Assembly: GCA_038227875.1 (NCBI GenBank)
Contig: JBBRPR010000003.1
Span: 128,001 to 192,000 of the forward strand
Direction of reading: 5' to 3'
DNA length: 64,000 nt
Source: Planctomycetota bacterium
GTDB lineage: Bacteria; Planctomycetota; SZUA-567; H5-PLA8
Both the position numbers and the translations under genes were made by a program. Shown piece by piece: positions 43,550 through 53,806 of the stretch. The notes under the pieces are model-generated. The model had not been told where the DNA came from, did not search any database, and was given only the letters and a program-made list of their open reading frames with translations. The stretch's first letter is position 1. Each line of letters opens with the position of its first letter.

Positions 43550-46012
43550 ATGAAGCTCTACTACTGCGACACTTGCGGGCTGCGCATCCCAGCCAACGAA
43601 ATTCCGCCGGATCAACCGGAGCCGGAAGACGGAAAGTATTATTGCGCGCAGCATCATCCTGCTCCGGTGCTGGCCAAGCCCTCCAAGTCTCCATCCGCGT
43701 CGGTGTTGCCTGTTCCGCTGCCGAACGCCGGCAGTGCACAATCACGAACCAAGATTCCCTCCGGCACGCGGGCGAGCATCCCGCGCATGACGCCGGCACA
43801 TCAACCCGCTGCGCACCAGACCCCGACGCATCCGCCCGGAAAAGCCGCCGGCAACAAGAACGTGATCATTTTCGGCTCGGCCGGCGCGGTCTTTGTCGTG
43901 CTGGTGGCCGTGATTGCGCTTTCGGGAAACAGCAAGCCCACGCACAGCCGCGAAACGCCGCAGACCGACGCTCCCGTTGCGGGCGACCTTCATCCGCCCA
44001 CGACGACGGCACTCGCCAACGCGACAACTACAACTTTGGAAAAGCCACCCCGTCCCGAACTGCCGCCGGGTCCGGGTTTTTTGACGCCAGATGGTCAAAG
44101 CACCGAACACCCGATCAGTTCCACCGGCGCAGGAAAAGGCCCGGGCGCTTCGGATGTCGTCGTCGCCGACCCACTCAGTGAAAAGTCGCCGCTCTCGAAA
44201 ACCCCGATCACCACGCCCGCCGTCCCGCCACCGGTCGCGCCGGCGGCCACTACTGAAGCCCTGGTTCCGGCGCCGCCGCCCAATCCGCTGAATCTGCTGA
44301 AAGATCCTGGATTCGAATCGGGCAGCGCCACCCTCTGGCTTCCTTACAACGATGCCAAAGTGATCGAAGATCCGGCCAAGGCGCACTCGGGAAAATTCTG
44401 CGCGCGCCTGCGCTTCAACAATGAACCGACGATGCGGCAGGTTGTAACGGGCCTGACGCCGGGGGGCCATTACATCGCCAGCGCCTGGATCAAAGGAACG
44501 CACGGCAGTCTGGGCGTGAAGGAATTCAGCAGCGCCACGGTTGAGACCGTGAAATTCGCCACCAGATCCGACGAATATCAACTCATCTCGATTCCCTTTA
44601 CGATGGGTCCCAATTACTCCTCGGTGAAGGTATTCTTCCGCTGTACCTGGAGCAAAGAGGACACCTTTTACGACGACGTGATGCTGGTGGCCGACACCCC
44701 TTCGCCCGACGTCACTACGCCGGCCAAGCCGCTCACCGACAAACCCGACAAGCCCTCAGGCACGACGGGCACGACGGGCACGACCACCGAAGTCAAACCG
44801 ACGGAACTCAGCATCGCTCAAAAAATGGAAGCCGTGCGCGAAAATACGTACACGCTGTTGCAGCAGAACAAGGCAGACGCGGCGCTCGCAGCGCTCGCAG
44901 AGGCCAAAGCCGACCCGCTTTTCTCCGCTCAATCCACCGATTTGGATTCCGCCACTGTTCTGGCCAGGAGTTACGACGCGACCGTCAACGCGGAAGCGGA
45001 TGGCTTGAAAAAACTGAGCGATGGCCGGGCGTTCGTCTTCAAGAAGAAAGCCGGCCGCGATATTCCCATCGGCGGCGCGACGAAAGCGTCGGTCTCGGAA
45101 TTCAAAGACGGCGAGATCGTGATCGAAACGAAAGATGGCGGCATGGTCGCCACCCAGAAGATTCTCCTCGACGAATTGACGCTTCAGTGCCGTCTCGATT
45201 TGTCCGCGCTGGCGCAGCCGTCCGGGGCCGAGTCGGAAATGAAGCTGGCGTTCGCGGAATTCATGCTGCTGCGCGCCGGCCGCGGCGGCAGTGTCGCCGG
45301 CATTCGCACGCGTCTGGAGCGCGCGAAGAAAGACTCCTCCGTCGCGCCCATTTTAGATTTCATGCTGCGCGAACTGGAGGCACTGGCGGTCAACCAGCGC
45401 ATCGACGGTGTAACTCAGAAGATCGACGCGCTGATTCAAGCGGGGAATCAGTCGCAGGTCTGGCCGATTTACAACAGTTTGAAAAAGGAATTTGGCGCCA
45501 CGCCGCCGCTGCATCTCAAGAAATTCATGGACGAACATATGAATCTCGAACTGGAGCCCGGACTGTGGGCCTCCTACTTTTCCGGGCCGGCTGGCAAGGA
45601 ATTCGAAAAGTACCATCTCTCACGCGTGGAGCCGAGAGTGGTCATCGACTGGGGCTTGAAATCGCCGGATCCGTCCGTGCCCGTGGACTATTTCACGGGA
45701 AAACTGTGCGGCATGCTGCGCGTGGAAAAGGCTGGCAATTATACGTTCATGTCGAAGACCGACGATCACATCGACTTTGCCGTGGACGGCCACCGGGTCC
45801 TCGTCAACGACTCCAATGCGTACGTGGAAGGCAAACTGACGCTGACAGCCGGGGACCATCCCATCCGCATTTACTTCCGTGAAGATGGCGGCGGCGCTTG
45901 CCTGTCACTGAAGTGGAAGTTGGAAGGCGCTTTCGACACGCAGGAAATCCCCGCCTCCGCGCTCTGGCACGAGCCGCAGATGAAAGAGCAATACCAGAAG
46001 CCGGGAAAGTAA
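43550..46012 (+). CDS. Membrane-anchored protein: N-terminal CxxC-x22-CxxH Zn finger, TM, CBM4/9-like domain, helical region, C-terminal PA14 domain
   Basis: MKLYYCDTCG...YYCAQH; TM IIFGSAGAVFVVLVAVIAL; NLLKDPGFESG..AHSGK..FYDDV; GLWASYF..IDWG..SP..DYF..G.YTF..TDD..GDHPIRIYFREDGGG. Confidence 0.82.
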   Translation: MKLYYCDTCGLRIPANEIPPDQPEPEDGKYYCAQHHPAPVLAKPSKSPSASVLPVPLPNAGSAQSRTKIPSGTRASIPRMTPAHQPAAHQTPTHPPGKAAGNKNVIIFGSAGAVFVVLVAVIALSGNSKPTHSRETPQTDAPVAGDLHPPTTTALANATTTTLEKPPRPELPPGPGFLTPDGQSTEHPISSTGAGKGPGASDVVVADPLSEKSPLSKTPITTPAVPPPVAPAATTEALVPAPPPNPLNLLKDPGFESGSATLWLPYNDAKVIEDPAKAHSGKFCARLRFNNEPTMRQVVTGLTPGGHYIASAWIKGTHGSLGVKEFSSATVETVKFATRSDEYQLISIPFTMGPNYSSVKVFFRCTWSKEDTFYDDVMLVADTPSPDVTTPAKPLTDKPDKPSGTTGTTGTTTEVKPTELSIAQKMEAVRENTYTLLQQNKADAALAALAEAKADPLFSAQSTDLDSATVLARSYDATVNAEADGLKKLSDGRAFVFKKKAGRDIPIGGATKASVSEFKDGEIVIETKDGGMVATQKILLDELTLQCRLDLSALAQPSGAESEMKLAFAEFMLLRAGRGGSVAGIRTRLERAKKDSSVAPILDFMLRELEALAVNQRIDGVTQKIDALIQAGNQSQVWPIYNSLKKEFGATPPLHLKKFMDEHMNLELEPGLWASYFSGPAGKEFEKYHLSRVEPRVVIDWGLKSPDPSVPVDYFTGKLCGMLRVEKAGNYTFMSKTDDHIDFAVDGHRVLVNDSNAYVEGKLTLTAGDHPIRIYFREDGGGACLSLKWKLEGAFDTQEIPASALWHEPQMKEQYQKPGK

Positions 46013-46103
46013 CTCTCTGGAAATTCCGAATTTGAAAGTCAGAAACGGAGTGCCATGGCTTCCCGCCAGCGTTAAATTGACGGTGTAACGCGAGGAAGAA
46101 CCG

Positions 46104-47219
46104 ATGGCGCAATCCGTTGCAGGGAATTCGTCGACATCCCGCCATTTCACCACCGAGGTCGCACGCTGGCAGGCCATCGTCCGCTGCGACGCGCAGGCCG
46201 ATGGCGGTTTTGTTTACGCCGTAAAAACCACCGGAGTCTGCTGCCGCCCGAGTTGCCCCTCACGGCAACCGCGCCGTGAAAACGTATGCTTTTTCGATCA
46301 CACCCCGGACGCCCGGCGCGCGGGCTTCAGGCCGTGCAAACGCTGCAAGCCAGACGCATCATCCCCGCGTGAACATCTTCGTGCCGCCGTGTTAAAGGTG
46401 TGCGCTGTTCTGAAGGACTCCACCGAAGCCGCGCCGGACTTACCCACTCTCGCGCGGATGGCCGGTTTAAGCCCCTCACATTTTCAACGCACGTTCAAGG
46501 CGTTCACGGGAGTCACGCCGAAAGCCTACGCGACAGCCCAGCGCACGGACCGTGCGCGCAGCGCCTTGTCGACGTCGCCCTCGCAGTCCATCACTGCCGC
46601 GGCGTACTCCGCGGGGTTCAATTCCAGCGGGCGCTTCTACGCGTCTACGTCAAGGATGCTCGGCATGACCCCCACCGCATTTCGCGCTGCCGGAAAGGGC
46701 ACGCAGATCCGCTTCGCCCTCGGATCGTGTACGCTGGGCTCGATTCTCGTGGCGGCCAGCGACAAGGGCATCTGCGCCGTGGCGCTCGGCGATGACCCCG
46801 ATGCACTGCTGCGCGAATTGCAGGACCGTTTTTTCCACGCGGAATTGATCGGCGGCGATGCCGCGTTCGAAAAAACCGTCGCCCGCGTGATCGCCTTCGT
46901 CGAACGTCCATCCTCGGGACTCGAGCTGCCGCTGGATATTCAAGGCACCGCGTTTCAACAGCGCGTCTGGCAGGCGCTCCGTAAAATTCCATCGGGCCAG
47001 AGCATCACGTACTCGGAACTGGCCAAACGCATCGGCAAGCCCGCCGCCGTCCGCGCCGTAGCTAGCGCCTGCGCCGCAAACACGATCGCCGTTGCGATCC
47101 CCTGCCATCGCGTCGTGCGGCTTAACGGCACGCTCTCCGGATACCGCTGGGGCGTGGAGCGCAAGCGCTCCCTGTTGCTACGTGAACTGGGCTGTTCGGG
47201 CGATTGTGATTGCGTGTGA
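46104..47219 (+). CDS. ada: Bifunctional transcriptional activator / O6-methylguanine-DNA methyltransferase
   Basis: VKTTGVCCRPSC, GFRPCKRC Zn site; AraC HTH; GTAFQQRVW, IPCHRV, GYRWG. Confidence 0.95.
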   Translation: MAQSVAGNSSTSRHFTTEVARWQAIVRCDAQADGGFVYAVKTTGVCCRPSCPSRQPRRENVCFFDHTPDARRAGFRPCKRCKPDASSPREHLRAAVLKVCAVLKDSTEAAPDLPTLARMAGLSPSHFQRTFKAFTGVTPKAYATAQRTDRARSALSTSPSQSITAAAYSAGFNSSGRFYASTSRMLGMTPTAFRAAGKGTQIRFALGSCTLGSILVAASDKGICAVALGDDPDALLRELQDRFFHAELIGGDAAFEKTVARVIAFVERPSSGLELPLDIQGTAFQQRVWQALRKIPSGQSITYSELAKRIGKPAAVRAVASACAANTIAVAIPCHRVVRLNGTLSGYRWGVERKRSLLLRELGCSGDCDCV

Positions 47220-47236
47220 GAGAAGTGTTCCGCCGT

Positions 47237-48589
47237 TCAACCCAGCGCGTCAAAACTCTCCCGATACACCCGACCAAGCAGCTCGATCTCATCCAGCTCA
47301 ATCGTCAGCGGCGGAACGGCCAGCATCACGTTGCCGATCGCGCGCAGGTTTACGCCGCGTTTGCGCGCCGAGAGCACGACTTGGTGGCCCGCGCGCGCGG
47401 CGTAGTCGTACTCGCGGCCGGTCGACTTGTCAGCGACCAGTTCCATGCCGGCCATCATCCCGCGGCCGCGCAGGTTGCCGACGCGTTTGTGATCGCGGAG
47501 CGATTCGAGCATCGCCCAGAACGCCGGAATAGTCTGCTCGCGCAACTTCGTCTGAAATTCCGACGACGACAGAATCTCCAGCGAGGCCAATGCCGCCGCA
47601 CAGCCCAGCGCTGAACCGGTGAACGTATGGCCGTGATAGAACGTTCGCTTGTCGGCGATCGTGCCAAGGAACGCGTTGTATAGCCGATCCGAAGCGAGCA
47701 CCGCCGAAAGCGGCAGGATGCCGGCCGTCAGGCCTTTGGCCAGGCAGACCAGATCCGGCCGCAGTTCTTCGCTGAGCTGCTGAAACGCAAAGAGCGTCCC
47801 GAGCCGCCCCATGCCCACCGCCACTTCATCGAAGATCACCGTCACGCCATGCTTCTTCGCCGCTCTGACGATGCGCTCCAGGTAGTCCTTCGGCTGCGGA
47901 ATCACGCCGCCGGGCCCCAGCACAAACGGTTCGACGACGACAGCCGCCAGTGTCGGCGCGTGAGCGGCGATGGCCTGTTCGAACGCCCCTGCGCATTCCA
48001 GCGCGCAGGATTGCGGCTGCTTGTTCCACGGGCAGCGATAACAGTGCGGCGGCGGCACGCGGCGCACGGGGAAGAGCAGGGGACGGTAGGTGGCGTGAAA
48101 GAGATCGACGCCGCCGACGGCGACCGCGCCGAGCGTGTCGCCGTGGTAGGCCTCGCCCAGCGCCAGAAATTCGGAGCGCTCCGGGTGGCCGCTGAGCACC
48201 TGAAACTGATACGCGATCTTCAGCGATGCTTCGACGGCTTCCGATCCGGAGTCCGCGAAGAAGACATGCGAGAGCGGCGCGCCCGCCAGCTCGGTCAGCT
48301 TGCCCGCCAGCTCAATGGCCGGCGTGTGGCTGATGCCCAGCAACGTCGAATGCGAAAACCGTTCGAGCTGCCGCGCGACCGCTTGCTCCACCGCAGTGGG
48401 GCGACAGCCGAGCGCCAGGCACCAGTAGCCGCAGTTGGCGTCGAGATAGCGCTGGCCGTCGCTTGCGACCAGCCAGTTGCCATCCGCGCTGGTGATGATC
48501 GGCGGCGCGGGATCTTCTTTGGCGTACTCCGCCATCTGCGTGAACGGGTGCCAGAGCGCGGACGAATCGAGCTTGCGTAGATCGGACAC
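47237..48589 (-). CDS. bioA: Adenosylmethionine-8-amino-7-oxononanoate aminotransferase
   Basis: LWHPFTQM, DSGSEAVE, YHGDTLGA, FDEVAVGMGRLG, AKGLTAG, HGHTFTG. Confidence 0.9.
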   Translation of the reverse strand: MSDLRKLDSSALWHPFTQMAEYAKEDPAPPIITSADGNWLVASDGQRYLDANCGYWCLALGCRPTAVEQAVARQLERFSHSTLLGISHTPAIELAGKLTELAGAPLSHVFFADSGSEAVEASLKIAYQFQVLSGHPERSEFLALGEAYHGDTLGAVAVGGVDLFHATYRPLLFPVRRVPPPHCYRCPWNKQPQSCALECAGAFEQAIAAHAPTLAAVVVEPFVLGPGGVIPQPKDYLERIVRAAKKHGVTVIFDEVAVGMGRLGTLFAFQQLSEELRPDLVCLAKGLTAGILPLSAVLASDRLYNAFLGTIADKRTFYHGHTFTGSALGCAAALASLEILSSSEFQTKLREQTIPAFWAMLESLRDHKRVGNLRGRGMMAGMELVADKSTGREYDYAARAGHQVVLSARKRGVNLRAIGNVMLAVPPLTIELDEIELLGRVYRESFDALG

Positions 48590-48840
48590 GGTGATTCCTG
48601 GTTGGAGTGAGTGCTTGAATTCCTACATTACTTAAAGCTGATCGAACCGATGGTAGCACATCATTCGTCGCCGGACATGTGCGGCGCGTGTGCTGCTCAC
48701 GCGCAATTTCACTAAATATGCTCTATGCGTCTTGCCTGCCCTTGTGCAAGTAAAGATCTTTTTACAACTTCTTGCGCTCCTGCACTTCGTGTGATTGAGT
48801 AGAAACTGCCGTACTGCCGTTCACCTGGGGGGATTTTCCA

Positions 48841-49464
48841 ATGCCGGCTTCACGCTCACATCTTTTCCCTGCCACGCCTGCCGCAAAATCGGGTCTCTCC
48901 TCCGCCGCGCGGTCCTCCACGGCGCTGGCCACGGCGGCTCGCTCTTCCCAGTTGTTGCACCGCGTCGAATCCGATTTCGAATCGCAGCTCGCCTACAACA
49001 GTTGCCCCACGCTGTTCTACGGCGTTGGCGTGCTTGTCGTCGGCTTGGGTTTGCTCGCATTCGGTTTGATGAACATCGGGAAACTCAATTTTTTCGGTGA
49101 GAACGCGCTGCTACTTGATATCACCGGCGGCGCGCTGACGTTCGTCGGCATCGCGCTGATCCTTCTGCGCATGGGGCTGACTGTCGACCGCAAACTTCGG
49201 CGCGTGGTGAAGTGGCGCTGGTTCGGCATTCGTAAATCAGAAGGCGTTCACAACCTCACCGCGTTCGATTACCTCACGATCGGCCAGGCGGGGCTGGGCG
49301 CGAAAGCCAAATTCGAAATCTGTCTCAGCGACGCCAACGAAAACTTCAAGGTCGCAACTTTTCCGACGGAAAATGAAGCTCACGATTTCGCCAACGAAGT
49401 CGGCCGCTTCCTCAACGTCCGCGTGGTCGATTCGGTCTCCGGCGAGTGGGAAGCCGTGCGCTAA
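48841..49464 (+). CDS. Hypothetical membrane protein (two TM helices)
   Basis: Two hydrophobic segments followed by a soluble beta-rich tail; GC3-biased codons. Confidence 0.65.
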   Translation: MPASRSHLFPATPAAKSGLSSAARSSTALATAARSSQLLHRVESDFESQLAYNSCPTLFYGVGVLVVGLGLLAFGLMNIGKLNFFGENALLLDITGGALTFVGIALILLRMGLTVDRKLRRVVKWRWFGIRKSEGVHNLTAFDYLTIGQAGLGAKAKFEICLSDANENFKVATFPTENEAHDFANEVGRFLNVRVVDSVSGEWEAVR

Positions 49465-49468
49465 GAGT

Positions 49469-50320
49469 TCAGCCCGGCCGCACGATCCGCTGCTGCTGCA
49501 GCCGGTACGCGCGCGGCGAGACGTTGAACTTCTTCTGCACGAGCTTGTAAAAGTGCCCCAGGTTTTCAAAGCCGCAATCGAGCGCAATGTCGACGATCCG
49601 TTCGCTGGTCGTCGCCAGGCGTGAAGCCGCGTACGCCAGCCGCGCGTCATTGACGATGTCCGTCGGCGTCTCGCCCAGCAGCCGGCGCGCTTCGCGAGCG
49701 ACGTGCTCGGGGCTCTTTCCGGCCAACTCCGCGAACGCCTGCGTCCCGCGCTCGAAGTTGCGGCCCTCACCAATCGTGCGGCAGGCCTTCTCGAGCCACT
49801 CCGGAATTGCGTTGGGCGCCTCGGGCGCGGTCACGGGGCGCAGCGCGCCGACCATCACCACGAGATTGACCAGGAAGCGCTCGATCGGCAACCGGTCGCG
49901 CGGCTGCGCGCCAAGCTCCCGGCCCATGCGGCGAAGCTCTGCGAACTCACCGGGCGGCACCAGGAACTCGCGGGTGCTCACGTGGCTGCGGCCGAAGAGA
50001 TCCGGACGGTGCTGAAAGTAGCGCTTGCGCAGAAACTCCCACGTCTGCACGCGAAAGGCGATGTTGACGATGCGCGCCACGCTTTGCGTGGCGGAGATGC
50101 ATTGGTGCGCGTCCGGTGCGCGGACAAAGACCAGGCCGCCGGGGCGCATCAGACGCTCTTCTCCATTGACGCGATGAGCGCACAACCCCTCGTCAACCCA
50201 GAATAATTCATGGAAGTCGTGCGTGTGCATCTCGAAGTGCTTCGCGGCGTACAACTCATGGTTGTTGAAGTGAAAATACTTGTCGGAAGGGATGAAACTG
50301 TCGACCCGCAGTCGTCTCAT
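49469..50320 (-). CDS. AraC-family transcriptional regulator (ChbR-like)
   Basis: HTHDFHELFW cupin; PEWL; SPEHVAR..TP; DIALDCGFENLGHFY. Confidence 0.9.
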   Translation of the reverse strand: MRRLRVDSFIPSDKYFHFNNHELYAAKHFEMHTHDFHELFWVDEGLCAHRVNGEERLMRPGGLVFVRAPDAHQCISATQSVARIVNIAFRVQTWEFLRKRYFQHRPDLFGRSHVSTREFLVPPGEFAELRRMGRELGAQPRDRLPIERFLVNLVVMVGALRPVTAPEAPNAIPEWLEKACRTIGEGRNFERGTQAFAELAGKSPEHVAREARRLLGETPTDIVNDARLAYAASRLATTSERIVDIALDCGFENLGHFYKLVQKKFNVSPRAYRLQQQRIVRPG

Positions 50321-50433
50321 GGAATCAATATAACGTAAGAAAATAGCAATTAAAGATAAGATTCAAAAACCGCTCCGGGGTATTTTGACTCCCGTTGAAC
50401 GATTGCCCACTCCACTTAAAAGGATGATGCGAA

Positions 50434-51240
50434 ATGGCCCACACCGCCACCCAGTCCCGCCTGACCCCCGAACAGGTCGCGTTCTACAATCGCGAAGGTT
50501 ATTTGAAGTTTGAAGAACCAGTCTTCCCGCAGCCCAAATTCGATGGTCTCAAGAATCACTTTGAAGACATGCTCGCCAAGCTCCCCAGCGACGCGCGTCC
50601 GGAAGGCATGGACTGCCCGCATTTCGTCGACACGCAATTGTTCGAGTGGCTTTTCGCCGACGAAGTTCTCGACCTGGTTGAACCGCTGATCGGGCCGGAC
50701 ATCGCGCTGTTCGCCAGCCACTTCATCTGCAAGCCCAAGGGCAACGGCAAGCGCGTGCCGTGGCATGAAGACTCGGCGTATTGGGGCAAGACCTTCGATC
50801 CCATGAACGTAGCCACCGTCTGGCTGGCGATCGATCCGTCGACGCCGGAGAACGGCTGCATGAACGTGATCGCGCGCACGCACAGCAACGGCTACTCCGA
50901 CTACGATCCCGTCGACACCGCCACGCACGTCTTCGGTACGGAAGTCAAGCCGCACCAGGTCGACAAGACCAAGTCGGTGCCGATGATTCTCCAGCCCAAC
51001 CAGGCTAGCATCCATCACGCCAAGATGATTCACGGCAGCGAAGCCAACACCAGCAACATCCGCCGCTGCGGCTACACGATGCGCTACATCAGCACGCACT
51101 GCAAATACCAGCCGCACTTCAACCACCTGATCTACCTGGCGCGCGGCAAAGACCCGCTCGGCAACTGCAAAGGCGACCCGACGCAGTCGTATGAAGAGCT
51201 GCGCCGCTTCCGCCAGCTGCACGTCAAGAACGGGCACTGA
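50434..51240 (+). CDS. Phytanoyl-CoA dioxygenase (PhyH) family Fe/2-oxoglutarate oxygenase
   Basis: YNREGY, PWHED (HxD), WLAID..TPENGC, IHGS..N.S..RR. Confidence 0.9.
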   Translation: MAHTATQSRLTPEQVAFYNREGYLKFEEPVFPQPKFDGLKNHFEDMLAKLPSDARPEGMDCPHFVDTQLFEWLFADEVLDLVEPLIGPDIALFASHFICKPKGNGKRVPWHEDSAYWGKTFDPMNVATVWLAIDPSTPENGCMNVIARTHSNGYSDYDPVDTATHVFGTEVKPHQVDKTKSVPMILQPNQASIHHAKMIHGSEANTSNIRRCGYTMRYISTHCKYQPHFNHLIYLARGKDPLGNCKGDPTQSYEELRRFRQLHVKNGH

Positions 51241-51281
51241 GGGCAAATGGGCAGGGCAGAGCTTGGAAACTGGCGCCAAAG

Positions 51282-51313
51282 TAATGCGGGTTTAGACACC
51301 CGCATTATTTTTT
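51282..51313 (+). terminator. Intrinsic terminator
   Basis: taatgcgggt-ttagac-acccgcatta-tttttt. Confidence 0.8.
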
Positions 51314-51480
51314 ACCAATACGAATCGCAACTTCAGGCAAGGATTGGTCTCGTGATCCGTTAGCTGGATATGGCAACTCGTAGAGAAAGAAATTCGTGCT
51401 ATGCGGCCGGTTTTCTTATTGGAGCCGGATTCTTTATACACAAAGCATTCGTCTCGGGTTGCGGGTGATACTGCGATCCT

Positions 51481-51981
51481 GTGCGGATCCTGTTGGTCAA
51501 CAGGACAGAAGGCTTCTTCCTCAATCTTGGAATTCGGATCGCGTGCTATGCGGGTCTGCTATTTCCGTGGGCGTTGGTAGCAATATGGAATGACGACGGC
51601 AGCGAACGGCACTGCCGCCCCGCGGAAGAGCCGAAACTGCAGCTTCATCTCGATACGTGCCTCGTATTGACGTTCCTTTTCGGAATGTCATTGCTTGCTA
51701 CATCGGGTTGGTGGGCATGGGAGGCAGTCGAAAATTACACAGTGGTCTTTGGGTCATTTGCGAGTCTGGCGCTACTCGTACTCGACATCTTCGAACTCGG
51801 CGCGCCGGACAGTATCCGCGTGCGCCAATATCGAGTGATCCAATGTTATCCTGAGTTAAAACGACCTCATCAACGCAGCATCAATCATCCAACTCAAAAA
51901 ATAAAAGCCGCACGGGAACACCAATTACGGCGCGCTCCCGTGCGGCCAGATCCGCGCGGCCAACCTTTCGGCGACCGTTAG
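51481..51981 (+). CDS. Possible membrane protein with atypical codon use
   Basis: ORF with three hydrophobic stretches; boundaries uncertain, and the 3' end runs through a hairpin. Confidence 0.35.
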   Translation: MRILLVNRTEGFFLNLGIRIACYAGLLFPWALVAIWNDDGSERHCRPAEEPKLQLHLDTCLVLTFLFGMSLLATSGWWAWEAVENYTVVFGSFASLALLVLDIFELGAPDSIRVRQYRVIQCYPELKRPHQRSINHPTQKIKAAREHQLRRAPVRPDPRGQPFGDR

Positions 51982-52484
51982 CGGATCGGATTTTCCTTTT
52001 TAATTTCAGTATCGTTCTTCGTCGACGACATGTCCGTCCGCTGCTTCAGCTCTTCCGGGTTGGATTTCATCTTCGACGTCGGTTCCACCTGTTCGCCGGC
52101 AATCAGCCGCGGCGATGACGAACTGCGGTCGAGCTGCGGGCCCTGGCTGCCTTCGGACGGCTTCAGCGCCTCGGTCATGCGCGGGTGGTCGTCAGATGGC
52201 GGCGTCGAGCTCGCACGCTTTTCACCGGGTTCTTTCGGATCCGTTGCCGGCTTGGCGTTGTTGGTCTTCGGGTCCATGATCTGACCAGGCTGCGGGACTC
52301 CATTGGTTCTGGCGTCCGGCGTTTTTGGCGTGGTCTTCGTCGTGGTCTTGTCGCTGGTGTTCACCTGAGCCTGATTGGCCGGTTGCACCGACGTATTCTG
52401 AGGTGTCTCCGGCTGCGTTTCCGCAGCAGAAATCAAGCCGCACGCACCCAGACTCATCACCAGTACTGCCATCACATGTCTCAT
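51978..52484 (-). CDS. Secreted low-complexity hypothetical protein
   Basis: AGGAGG RBS, signal peptide, Pro/Thr/Ser/Lys-rich mature part; hairpin at about 51907-51947. Confidence 0.7.
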   Translation of the reverse strand: MRHVMAVLVMSLGACGLISAAETQPETPQNTSVQPANQAQVNTSDKTTTKTTPKTPDARTNGVPQPGQIMDPKTNNAKPATDPKEPGEKRASSTPPSDDHPRMTEALKPSEGSQGPQLDRSSSSPRLIAGEQVEPTSKMKSNPEELKQRTDMSSTKNDTEIKKENPIR

Positions 52485-52739
52485 GATCATTCCTCCTGCG
52501 TTCCACACGTCACTTACTCACATGGAGGGTATCGCGATTGAGGTGCCAACTGTTACGACAGCTTCTCGCGCTATACACGGCGCATAATCGGGACTTCGCG
52601 CTGCTTGGAGCATATGAGAATAAATGTCAAAACAGCCATCATCTTTGTCATCCCTGCTATGGGCGATAGATGATTCACAGGATATATAGAGTGTCGTGCA
52701 AACGAATCCATTGTCAAAACATTCAAACTGGAGACATTC

Positions 52740-53558
52740 ATGAATCTGACCGACGCGCAGGTCCAGCAGTTCAAGACCCACGGATATTCAGTCGTCCCCA
52801 ACTTCTTTTCGACACGCGAAGTCGCAGCGCTGCGCGCCGATGTCGAGCGCCTGCAGTCGGCCGGTAAGCTCCGCAACGTCGCGACCGATGGCGACGGCAA
52901 AACGCACTCGGCTCAGAAAGCCAATCTCCAGATCTGCCCGATGTATCCCGAAAGCAACCTGATCCGCGCGCTGCCGTTCGTGCCGAAAGTGGTGACGGCC
53001 GTCTCGCAGCTCATCGGCGAGAACATCTTCCTGCATCTCGACCAGTGCTTCCTCAAACCCGGCCGCAACGGCGCGGGCACCAACTGGCACCAGGACAACG
53101 CCTACTTCAAAATTCCCGATCCGACCAAGGGCACTGCGATGTGGATCGCCGTCCACGACGCCACGATCGCCAACGGCACGATCCACGTCATCCCGAACAA
53201 GGTCCACGAAAAGTACGAACACAGCCGCGATCCGCAGAGCGATCATCACATCCGCTGCTACCCACCCGAAGAACTGGCCGTCCCATGCGAAGTCCCCGCC
53301 GGCGGCGCCGTCTTCTTCGCCTACGGCACGCCCCACTGCACGCTCGGCAACACCACCGACAAAGCCCGCGCCGGCATCGCGCTCCACTTCCTGCGCGAAG
53401 AATACGCCGCGCTCGCCCGCTCCGAACACGGCAAAGGCCAGCCCATCCTCTCCGGCCCCCACGCCACCGGCGGCGTCAAAGAATACGGAGAAACCGTCGC
53501 GGGAACGTGGGACGCGGAAATTGAGAAGCTGCTCAACAAGGAACTGGCGAAAGTCTGA
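52740..53558 (+). CDS. Phytanoyl-CoA dioxygenase (PhyH) family oxygenase
   Basis: FKTHGY, NWHQDNAY (HxD), WIAVHDATIANG, PHCT..N.T..R. Confidence 0.9.
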   Translation: MNLTDAQVQQFKTHGYSVVPNFFSTREVAALRADVERLQSAGKLRNVATDGDGKTHSAQKANLQICPMYPESNLIRALPFVPKVVTAVSQLIGENIFLHLDQCFLKPGRNGAGTNWHQDNAYFKIPDPTKGTAMWIAVHDATIANGTIHVIPNKVHEKYEHSRDPQSDHHIRCYPPEELAVPCEVPAGGAVFFAYGTPHCTLGNTTDKARAGIALHFLREEYAALARSEHGKGQPILSGPHATGGVKEYGETVAGTWDAEIEKLLNKELAKV

Positions 53559-53580
53559 TCTTGCAAACCAACGGCTTCTA

Positions 53581-53789
53581 TCTCACGCAAAGCCGCTAAG
53601 TCGCAAAGAACACCTTACGGATATTTTTTGTTGTACGTGTGGAACCCTAGGACCAATAGGTCCTAGGGTTCTGTTCCAGATTTAAGAAGGTGAATGATCG
53701 ATTCTCGTTGATCGCACCAGACCCGTCGAACTCAACACTCAATACTTTAGCAGTTGCAGTTCTTTGCGTCTTAGCGGCTTTGCGTGAGA
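53581..53789. repeat. 9-nt-periodic inverted repeat element with an internal 13-bp hairpin
   Basis: tctcacgcaaagccgctaagtcgcaaagaac ... gttctttgcgtcttagcggctttgcgtgaga; inner gaaccctaggacc-aata-ggtcctagggttc. Confidence 0.8.
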
Positions 53790-53806
53790 CAAGAATTGCG
53801 TCCGTC

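Noticed and set aside
44759..44787. 9-nt tandem repeat ggcacgacg x3
   Set aside because: It encodes a GTTGTTGTT linker, ordinary low-complexity coding sequence.
48742..48768. Imperfect palindrome gtaaagatctttttac upstream of bioA as a BirA operator
   Set aside because: It does not fit the TGTAAACC-N14/16-GGTTTACA spacing and is too weak to call.
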